Shown here piece by piece: positions 36,187 to 43,195 of a DNA stretch of 64,000 bases. This stretch comes from Candidatus Poribacteria bacterium (GTDB lineage: Bacteria; Poribacteria; WGA-4E; WGA-3G), in the NCBI GenBank assembly GCA_012270865.1, contig JAAXHL010000014.1, positions 26,860-90,859 of the forward strand. The letters are read 5' to 3'. The notes beneath the pieces were generated by a model. That model worked only from the letters and a program-made list of their open reading frames with translations. It was not told the origin of the DNA and made no database searches. Every line of letters begins with the position of its first letter. The first letter of the stretch is position 1. The position numbers were made by a program, and so were the translations under genes.

Positions 36187-38766
36187 TTAGTTGGAGTTTG
36201 GTGTCATTCTTGATTGTTCCACAACCTTCCACATATAATTCCAAAAGTCGCGGAATACATTCGTACACAAATGTGTTTTCTCTGGACCGATACAATAATC
36301 TGCCAAGCGACTATTATCTATAGTTTCTACGCTTTTAGCAGAAAATGAAACTATTTCCTTGGCCGATTTTATGTCTAAACCTGACAAATACTGTATCATT
36401 TTTCGTTTGATAAAGGGCTTATCTATATTTCCCAAGTTAAGCCTATTTCCACACCTGAATATAATACGATCTAAATAGATTGTAACCACCTTATCTAGAT
36501 GATCAAGGGGCCAGATATTTTTCTTTTTAGGGACCGTCCCATGTATGTTTATTAACTGTTTGGGAAGACTGATTTGCGGCGGCGGCGTTGCTGTGTTTTT
36601 AACCGTGCTATCAGTTTCCAATGCATCGCGCCGTAAAGGAGGGGGTTTACGTTTATGTTGTTTATATGGGGGTTTGGTTGAAACTTCTATCTGTTTGGGA
36701 GACTCAGATGTTCCCCTTGTTTGTTCTGCTTTCCCAAGTTCTATAGGAGGTACGTTTCGAAATTCTGAAATGAATTGACAATTCCCACCATCAAAAACGA
36801 CCAACTCCTGCTCTGCACGAGTCACGGCAACATAGAAAAGTCGTCGTTCTTCTGCCAAATCATTTCTGTCATCGGGCAGGTTATCATACACAGTGTTTAC
36901 AAGAAGAATAACCTTTTCCCACTCTCGCCCTTTCGCAGTGTAAATGTTGAGGATCTCAATCTCTTTTTCACCTCGCCGCAAGATTATTTTTCTTCTATTT
37001 TTTTCACTCGGATCACCTAAATCCTTCCAGTCAATTTCAAACCCTTGGATCTGAAGTTCTGAAAAATCGAGAATATCCTGAATGTCATTGATCTCGCCCT
37101 TCCAGTTGCGAGCCAAAATTCCTACTTTTTTGAGATCAGCCGTTAATAAGTTTGATAGTTCCCTTAACAAAACCTCTTTTACTGTCCCTGTTTTCTGTGG
37201 AGTTTCAAAAATCTTTACTTGATTTTGGGCAGAATTTTTAGCGCAGAGATCTTTGGGAATCCGATCCCGCTTTGGATTGTGTTCAATCAAAGCCTTCGCA
37301 TGCCTAACAATTGTTGAAGTGGAACGGTAATTGCGCGTAATTTTATAATGTGTTACATTTCTCCGTTTTCCAAACTTCTCTCGCATAATTGAAGAATCAC
37401 CACCCCGGAATCCGTAAATTGCCTGATCATCATCGCCAACAGCAAAGAGATTTTCTGAAAAAAGGTCTATCAAGCGAAAATCAATAGGTGATATATCCTG
37501 AAATTCATCAACAAAAACATAACGATGTTTGTCGCGATAGTCTTGGTAAAGATCAGGATGGGTTTCAAGTAGGTGTGCCGAGTAGATAAGCATATCAAGA
37601 AAATCAATAGCATCAGCTGCCTTTCTTCTTTCTTCATACCTTTCAGCAAATGCGCGGAGGACAGGATCCAAGATTTTATCAGGATTGAACAAACCTGTGT
37701 TAACCTGCCGTTTTGCTTTTTCGACATCCTCTCTCAGATCGTCAAATCTTTTCATTAGATTTTCAAACTTTTCGGGATGCGCTAAGACTTGGTTGTAGGA
37801 AATATCGAAATACTGGCAGAATACCTCAATAAGAAGTTGATTACTATATCTTGCTTTTTCTGGATCTTCTCGGTTAAACACCGCCCAGTTTTTGTGATCT
37901 TTAATCTCATTTGCGATATGAGTAGAAGCCTCTGTCCAAGGCACTTCTGTACAAATAACCTCAAATTTAAATCGTTTATTTCCTTCATTTTCGATTATTT
38001 TACGGATACTTTCTGAATCTGTTGTATACCCGATGTAAGCAGTAACATCTGTCAGTGATTTGATTTTATAGATAGTTACAAGAACGTTGCTGCTTTGACT
38101 TACGACTTGTTCCATTCCGTGAACGAGGTTAAACACAGATCGATTTCTATAGTAATTAATCCAATATTTCTCTCGAGGATAAGCTATCGCACCTTTCACC
38201 CACTCAATTACATCAAAGTCAAAATGCTCTTCGCCTTTCTGGATTGCATTACGTAGTCCTCGGTTTGATGAATCAGTGCGGTGTTGATGCTCTCGAAATC
38301 CTGGATCCATAGTTTGTCCAATATAACACCGACCTGTGGTTGCCCCTTCAAGTTTATAAATAGCAACATCTGCAGTTCGAGTTTCTCGGTCTAATAATCT
38401 CTTTTCCTCATTAATGACTCGTCCAATTTCCTTTTCGTTCCATGTATCAGGTTCCTTACTAAATCCTAACAACTCATAACGATTCGTAATAAGGTCTTTT
38501 CCAAATGTATGAAGGGTACAGATTTTATGTTTCCCTTGCCTCAAAAGTAGTTCATTTGAAAGCCTCTCTGTCATTTCGTCAGCAGCGGCGTTAGTGAAAG
38601 CAATCGCAAGGATATGCTCCGGATCCACGTTGTGTTCACGGATTAGATGTAAAATTCGTTCTTTGATAACTGTGGTTTTTCCGCTGCCAGGACCTGCCAC
38701 AACGAGGGCAGGTCCCTGAAAATGTTCCACGGCTTTTTGCTGGTTTTCGTCTAATTTCAGTGTCAT
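36187..38766 (-). CDS. UvrD-like SF1 helicase with inserted GIY-YIG nuclease module(s) and novel C-terminal extension (helicase-nuclease B)
   Basis: SF1 motifs: AGPGSGKT; ILAIAFTNAAADEM (Ia); FVDEFQD (II); VGDDDQAIYGFRGG (III); TRNYRST (IV); YTAKGREWE (V); YVAVTRA (VI). GIY-YIG core at aa 133-212 (AIYKL...GRCYIGQT...REHQH...SSN...REKYWINYY). Degenerate second copy at aa 228-300. aa 671-859 are unassigned. Confidence 0.85.
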   Translation of the reverse strand: MTLKLDENQQKAVEHFQGPALVVAGPGSGKTTVIKERILHLIREHNVDPEHILAIAFTNAAADEMTERLSNELLLRQGKHKICTLHTFGKDLITNRYELLGFSKEPDTWNEKEIGRVINEEKRLLDRETRTADVAIYKLEGATTGRCYIGQTMDPGFREHQHRTDSSNRGLRNAIQKGEEHFDFDVIEWVKGAIAYPREKYWINYYRNRSVFNLVHGMEQVVSQSSNVLVTIYKIKSLTDVTAYIGYTTDSESIRKIIENEGNKRFKFEVICTEVPWTEASTHIANEIKDHKNWAVFNREDPEKARYSNQLLIEVFCQYFDISYNQVLAHPEKFENLMKRFDDLREDVEKAKRQVNTGLFNPDKILDPVLRAFAERYEERRKAADAIDFLDMLIYSAHLLETHPDLYQDYRDKHRYVFVDEFQDISPIDFRLIDLFSENLFAVGDDDQAIYGFRGGDSSIMREKFGKRRNVTHYKITRNYRSTSTIVRHAKALIEHNPKRDRIPKDLCAKNSAQNQVKIFETPQKTGTVKEVLLRELSNLLTADLKKVGILARNWKGEINDIQDILDFSELQIQGFEIDWKDLGDPSEKNRRKIILRRGEKEIEILNIYTAKGREWEKVILLVNTVYDNLPDDRNDLAEERRLFYVAVTRAEQELVVFDGGNCQFISEFRNVPPIELGKAEQTRGTSESPKQIEVSTKPPYKQHKRKPPPLRRDALETDSTVKNTATPPPQISLPKQLINIHGTVPKKKNIWPLDHLDKVVTIYLDRIIFRCGNRLNLGNIDKPFIKRKMIQYLSGLDIKSAKEIVSFSAKSVETIDNSRLADYCIGPEKTHLCTNVFRDFWNYMWKVVEQSRMTPNSN

Positions 38767-38800
38767 AAAGGCAATCTTGCTTAGATCTCCAAATAGGTCG

Positions 38801-38847
38801 GAACTTTAATGTTATGAACTTTAATGTTATGAACTTTAATGTTATGA
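38801..38847. repeat. perfect tandem repeat, 15 bp x3 (+2 nt): gaactttaatgttat
   Basis: Units at 38801-38815, 38816-38830 and 38831-38845. Located between the extended -10 box and the start codon of helicase-nuclease B. Confidence 0.95.
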
Positions 38848-38855
38848 TTATACCA
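38847..38855 (-). promoter_or_regulatory. extended -10 promoter element
   Basis: The minus strand reads TGGTATAAT (TGnTATAAT), 81 nt upstream of ATG 38766. No good -35 box, as is usual for extended -10 promoters. Confidence 0.5.
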
Positions 38856-38915
38856 AATCTGAAAAATGAACTTGCCTTTAGGTGGTTTGGAAACTTTATG
38901 AAACCTAATATACAA

Positions 38916-38969
38916 GTGGCGCAATAACGCACTTCGCATTTGGGTGAGTACACCGCAGAATTGCGCCAC
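38916..38969 (-). terminator. 10-bp perfect inverted repeat, possible terminator/insulator after the 82-aa gene
   Basis: GTGGCGCAAT (38916-38925) pairs with ATTGCGCCAC (38960-38969), with a 34-nt loop. On the minus strand it is followed by TTGTATATT. Weak as a classical intrinsic terminator. Confidence 0.35.
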
Positions 38970-39017
38970 TACGAACCAGATTTCTGTTCACGAGAAACGG
39001 TTATTCAGAAATAGTGT

Positions 39018-39266
39018 TTATTTGAAAATAGCGACGATAATCGAAATGATAATAGCACCAACGGCACACGCGGTCGTTATCCAGTTTCGCATCCCCGCAA
39101 TCGCGCTTTGTTTACCTTTGAGTTCCGATATACCGTTCTCAACAGTGCGTAGCCGGGCATCCATTCCATCTAAACGCTGATTAACTTCTGCGAAATTTGT
39201 TCTAACTTCTTCTCTGATTTGATCAAAACCGTCTTTCATCAATTGGTAGAGTTCTTCATTTGTCAT
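39018..39266 (-). CDS. 82-aa coiled-coil, C-terminally membrane-anchored protein (XhlA-like architecture)
   Basis: N-terminal heptad-like helix (FAEVNQRLDGMDARLRTVENGISELKG), then a single C-terminal TM segment (ITTACAVGAIIISIIVAIF). Starts 47 nt downstream of helicase-nuclease A. Confidence 0.6.
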   Translation of the reverse strand: MTNEELYQLMKDGFDQIREEVRTNFAEVNQRLDGMDARLRTVENGISELKGKQSAIAGMRNWITTACAVGAIIISIIVAIFK

Positions 39267-39313
39267 TTCTTCTGTTCTCCTTTCGCTTTTTGATAAAAAT
39301 TATACCACATTTT

Positions 39314-41041
39314 CTATTTTGCATCACCTTCTTTTTTAAATTGCCTTCTCGCACGCCAATAAGCGAACTGCCGGAGATAGTAACCGATATTTTTTTCGAT
39401 TTTCTCGAACTCTGGCACGAATGGACACCTCCCACCGAGGACGACGAGTTCTGTCTTCGCACGCGTCATTGCGACATAGAAGACACGACGCTCCTCTGTC
39501 AGTTCACTATCACGACGCGGAAAGCGACGTTCCAACGTGTTATGGATGAGGATGACCTTCTCCCACTCCCTACCTTTCGCTTTGTGGATTGTTGTTATTT
39601 CAGGTGCTGCCGGATGGTTGCCAAGCATCTCTTGAATCTGATCGGTTTCGTAGTTGGTGCGCGCTAAAACAGCAGTATCTTCGGACGATTCCAACTCGCG
39701 TGATAACGTGGCTGCAACGGTTTCAGGGGTCGTCTCTACGGTTTTTATGCGTTGTTGGGTCGGGTTGTAGGCGCGGAGGTCTTTACGGATACGGGGTGTG
39801 TTGCGCTCAATCAACGCTCTGGCATGCTCAACGATTGTCGATGTGGAACGGTAATTGCGTGTGATCTCATATTTTGTTACGTTCTTCCTATCCGTGAATG
39901 CAAGCATAATCTCGGAGTTACCACCACGGAATCCATAGATCGCCTGATCGTCGTCGCCGACAGCGAAGAGGTTTTCGGATAAGAGCTCAATCAGTCGGAA
40001 ATCGGCGGGTGCGATGTCTTGGAACTCGTCAACGAGGACGTACGGGTACTTTTCAGAATAGGTTTGACAGAGATCAGGGTTCGTCTCAAGTAGATTTGCG
40101 GCGTGGATAATCATGTCCTCGAAATCGACAGCATTCGCTTCGGTTTTGAGGATTTCGTATTTTATAGCAAATGCGCGCGCCACTGGGTCGTCAAGTGTCT
40201 TCGGGTCGAACAATCCTGTCGTGACCTGTCGTTTCGCGCGCATGACCGTCTCCTTTATCCCGTCGAAACGATCGCGGAGGTTCTCGAAATCTGGGTGTGT
40301 GTCGAAATTTTCTTCATAAGGGATACCGAAATGCTGACAGAACATCTCAAGGACCAGTTGGTTGCTGTAGTGCCTACGGAGTGGGTCGGCACGGTTAAAC
40401 ACACTTGTCCGTTCTCTGTAGTATGCGATCCAGTGTGCTTCTCGACGATTTGCCTCTCGTCCTGGCATATACTCAATTACTTTAAAACTGAATTGTGTCT
40501 CTCCTTCGGATCGGATCGCCTGTCGGAGTCTGTCGTTTGATGAGTGCGTGAAATGTTCTTTTTTCCGCCGTTCAGGGTTTGTGGTTTGCCCGATGTAGCA
40601 CTTACCGGTCTTTGTGTTCTCAATTTTATAGATGGCGACCTCAATTGTTGCGGCTTCCCGCTCAATCTGTCTCCGTTCTTCAGCGATGATTTTGTCAATC
40701 TGTCCCGACCAAATTTCAGGGATATGGCTAAAGCCTGCGCGTTCATAGTTTTCGGTGATAATGTCTTTGCCGAAGGCGTGGAGTGTACGGATGACAGGTG
40801 TGCTGGATGTAGCGTGGTCTGATGCTGCGAGTGTGCGTCCGACACGGGTTTCCATCTCTTCAACGGCTTTTCTGTTAAAGGCGATGGCAAGGATATGTGA
40901 TGGTGGGATATTGTGTGTCTGGATGAGATTTAGAATCCGTGCCGTAACGACTGTGGTTTTACCGCTGCCGGGGCCTGCAATGACGATTGCCGGTCCTGTG
41001 AAGTGGTTGACGGCTCTTTCTTGGTTTCTGTCGAGATTCAT
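39314..41041 (-). CDS. minimal UvrD-like SF1 helicase with inserted GIY-YIG nuclease module (helicase-nuclease A)
   Basis: SF1 motifs: AGPGSGKT; ILAIAFNRKAVEEM; LVDEFQD; VGDDDQAIYGFRGG; TRNYRST; IHKAKGREWE; YVAMTRA. GIY-YIG core at aa 133-216 (AIYKIENTKTGKCYIGQT...RRKKEH...HSSN...REAHWIAYY). Alignable along its whole length with 36187-38766. Confidence 0.88.
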   Translation of the reverse strand: MNLDRNQERAVNHFTGPAIVIAGPGSGKTTVVTARILNLIQTHNIPPSHILAIAFNRKAVEEMETRVGRTLAASDHATSSTPVIRTLHAFGKDIITENYERAGFSHIPEIWSGQIDKIIAEERRQIEREAATIEVAIYKIENTKTGKCYIGQTTNPERRKKEHFTHSSNDRLRQAIRSEGETQFSFKVIEYMPGREANRREAHWIAYYRERTSVFNRADPLRRHYSNQLVLEMFCQHFGIPYEENFDTHPDFENLRDRFDGIKETVMRAKRQVTTGLFDPKTLDDPVARAFAIKYEILKTEANAVDFEDMIIHAANLLETNPDLCQTYSEKYPYVLVDEFQDIAPADFRLIELLSENLFAVGDDDQAIYGFRGGNSEIMLAFTDRKNVTKYEITRNYRSTSTIVEHARALIERNTPRIRKDLRAYNPTQQRIKTVETTPETVAATLSRELESSEDTAVLARTNYETDQIQEMLGNHPAAPEITTIHKAKGREWEKVILIHNTLERRFPRRDSELTEERRVFYVAMTRAKTELVVLGGRCPFVPEFEKIEKNIGYYLRQFAYWRARRQFKKEGDAK

Positions 41042-41071
41042 GTTCTTCAGGATGTGACATCTGTTTTATCG

Positions 41072-41425
41072 CTACAATATTTGTAAAAGCACTCCGATTT
41101 TATCTAAAATTTCATGTACGGTATAATGAGGCAGGGAACACCAAAACTCCACATTTCTCTCCTGCCAATCAAGACTCTTGACCTGATCTGCAAGAACGAC
41201 ATCCTTTACATCTAACCCTTCTGGAATAACGACCTCAAAAGAGTTGTTTCCGCCCCTCGTAGTAATTGGACAGAAGATCGCCAAATTCCGAGAACTTATA
41301 TTATATTCCCATGGACTAAGGACAACGGCAGGGCGACGACCCGCCTGTTCATGACCGGTTTGGGGATCGAAATTAATCCAAACGACATCGCCGGGGACCG
41401 GAACGTACTGTGTTAAATCTACCAT
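41072..41425 (-). CDS. mazF: MazF/PemK-family endoribonuclease toxin
   Basis: Motifs GDVVWINFDPQTGHEQAGRRPAVVLSP, ...CPITT... and LADQVKSLDW, typical of MazF/ChpB. Its ATG overlaps the upstream stop codon (ATGGTAG). Confidence 0.88.
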   Translation of the reverse strand: MVDLTQYVPVPGDVVWINFDPQTGHEQAGRRPAVVLSPWEYNISSRNLAIFCPITTRGGNNSFEVVIPEGLDVKDVVLADQVKSLDWQERNVEFWCSLPHYTVHEILDKIGVLLQIL

Positions 41426-41835
41426 ACTTCATTGCCCACTGATGGTCCCGTGTCTACCTCACCTTGCCCACCATCTTCTGGCATTTGGGCTAAAAGTTCT
41501 TCAAGCGTAAATTTGGGTTTCCCGCGGCGTGGCGGTGGTGGCGTGCGGTGCGGCTTGAGCTTTCCAGATTTGACAGCTTCACAGAACAAATCATAATCCG
41601 GCATTTGGGCTAAAAGTTCCTCAAGCGTAAATTTCGGTTTCCGGCGGCGTGGAGAGGGTGGCGTGCGATGCGGCTTAATAGTTACATCTGTAGCATCGGA
41701 TGGAACGCCTGAAGTGGCTACTTGCTCATCTTCTGCGCTGTGTGGCACGCTTGAAGTCCTGATGTATTTGACATACGCTATAAAAATTAAGCATTCTTTA
41801 TAGGACATAATTGCCTCCTTGTATAAGGATACCAC
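41419..41835 (-). CDS. MazE-like antitoxin with duplicated toxin-binding segment and no recognisable AbrB/SpoVT domain
   Basis: The C-terminus KFTLEELLAQMPEDGGQGEVDTGPSVGNEVW parallels E. coli MazE ...[30 protein letters not shown]. The N-terminal 60 aa are unlike an AbrB swapped hairpin. The start codon is uncertain. Confidence 0.55.
   Translation of the reverse strand: MVSLYKEAIMSYKECLIFIAYVKYIRTSSVPHSAEDEQVATSGVPSDATDVTIKPHRTPPSPRRRKPKFTLEELLAQMPDYDLFCEAVKSGKLKPHRTPPPPRRGKPKFTLEELLAQMPEDGGQGEVDTGPSVGNEVW
41480..41676. repeat. in-frame direct duplication, two 77-bp copies 120 bp apart
   Basis: 41480-41556 and 41600-41676 differ at 7 of 77 positions by hand count. Each copy encodes KPHRTPPxPRRxKPKFTLEELLAQMP. 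Confidence 0.85.
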
Positions 41836-41867
41836 AATTTGATTAACGCGTCAAATTTTAATTTAAC

Positions 41868-42302
41868 TCACTTCGGGATACGGCGGACCCATAGCATGAG
41901 TGCGACATTCATCGCGCCGATAAAACCGAAAACGTAAGATTGGATGCCTACCAATGTATCGAGCGACCGGAGGAGCATCGCACAGAAAACTGGTAAACTG
42001 AGTGCCACGCAGGTGTAGAGCATAAGGAGTTTTGAGCCTTTTGCTTCCCAAAAGGTTATCTCCCGTTTTAAAACCTTTAGATACGACTGCTGCCACAACC
42101 GAGATGTCCACTTCCCCTGCATAAACCCTAAACCGATCCCCAAACCGAAACCGAAACTTGACCAACGCAAGTCAATACGCACATTGTAGGACAGTGCCAC
42201 AACCCACAGGAGTTGTCCGAGCACCGAAAGCACTATAAATGCCCAAAAAACAGGCATCTTCATATAAAATGGAAGTAGGCGACGTGTTAACTTATCCTGC
42301 AT
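41868..42302 (-). CDS. small 4-TM membrane protein, unknown function
   Basis: 144 aa with four hydrophobic segments and no recognised motif. Confidence 0.45.
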   Translation of the reverse strand: MQDKLTRRLLPFYMKMPVFWAFIVLSVLGQLLWVVALSYNVRIDLRWSSFGFGLGIGLGFMQGKWTSRLWQQSYLKVLKREITFWEAKGSKLLMLYTCVALSLPVFCAMLLRSLDTLVGIQSYVFGFIGAMNVALMLWVRRIPK

Positions 42303-42354
42303 TTTTTATCGGTGCTTCGGAATACACTGCTTTTGAATAACAGCGTCTATTGTG

Positions 42355-43155
42355 CTAAAGATTCGCTTTGATGTAATTAACAGCGTTTTTGAAGATCGCG
42401 AGTCCGTCACCTTCTTCAGTCGTCGTGTCTTGCGTTTGTGCAAACCGAGTCCAGCGGGGGTGATTCCATTTCGTTAGGAACCGTTCCGGGTGTGGCATCA
42501 AGCCGAAGATCCTACCCGTCGTGTCACAGATACCAGCGATCTCAGCATCCGAACCGTTCGGATTCTTCGGATATTCACTCTCAGTATATCGAAACACGAC
42601 TTGATTCTTCGCTTCTAATTCAGCCAACACATCTGCGGGTGCAGTGAACCGTCCCTCAGCGTGTGCGACGGGGAGATAGATACTCGGTTTGATGCCTTTC
42701 GTAAAGACACACGGACTCTCTTGTGTCTCTAAATCTACCCATCGACACTCAAACTTTGCGGAGGTGTTCATGGCGAGCGTCGCGCGCTGCGTCATCTCTG
42801 AAGCACCGTTGTTAGATGTAGACACGCCGGGTAACAAACCCGTACGGACAAGCACTTGGAAGCCGTTGCATATACCGATAACCAGTTTACCGTCCGCAAC
42901 GAATTGGTTCAGCGCATCTGTTAGTTTGTGTTTCATCTCAACGGCTAACAGGATACCGGCGGAGATGTCGTCGCCGTAGGAGAAACCACCCGGAATCGCG
43001 AGGATCTGATAGTCGGATAGGTTAACTTTACCGGAGATGAGGTTTTGGATATGGACTAACGCGGTCTTCGCACCAGCGAACTGGAACGCGGTCTCCGTTT
43101 CTGCGTCGCAGTTAGTCCCTGCAGTTCGTAAGATGAGTACTTTAGGTTGCGTCAT
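42355..43155 (-). CDS. purQ: phosphoribosylformylglycinamidine synthase, glutaminase subunit
   Basis: Motifs GGFSYGD, GICNGFQ (catalytic Cys) and MPHPER. Confidence 0.92.
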   Translation of the reverse strand: MTQPKVLILRTAGTNCDAETETAFQFAGAKTALVHIQNLISGKVNLSDYQILAIPGGFSYGDDISAGILLAVEMKHKLTDALNQFVADGKLVIGICNGFQVLVRTGLLPGVSTSNNGASEMTQRATLAMNTSAKFECRWVDLETQESPCVFTKGIKPSIYLPVAHAEGRFTAPADVLAELEAKNQVVFRYTESEYPKNPNGSDAEIAGICDTTGRIFGLMPHPERFLTKWNHPRWTRFAQTQDTTTEEGDGLAIFKNAVNYIKANL

Positions 43156-43195
43156 TTTTATCCTCTATAAATATAACACACGTCTTGCTAAAAAG

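Noticed and set aside
38801-38847. Possible mini-CRISPR array (this repeat and the heptad runs).
   Set aside because: The units abut without spacers and are far shorter than CRISPR repeats. No cas genes or leader are present.
38636-38969. ORFs translating to FITLKFITLKFITLKF and IKVHNIKVHNIKV upstream of helicase-nuclease B.
   Set aside because: They are artefacts of translating the 15-bp x3 tandem repeat. They also overlap the helicase start and promoter.
40394-40645. The GIY-YIG segment as an intein or a freshly inserted homing-endonuclease gene.
   Set aside because: There are no intein splice-junction residues or Hint blocks flanking it. It is in frame, lacks the endonuclease DNA-binding domain, and sits at the same position in both divergent paralogues. 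A fixed domain fusion is more likely.
33331-42302. Prophage, integrative element or IS as the explanation for the island.
   Set aside because: I found no integrase, transposase, terminal inverted repeats, tRNA attachment site or phage structural genes in or beside the island. The XhlA-like gene alone is insufficient evidence.
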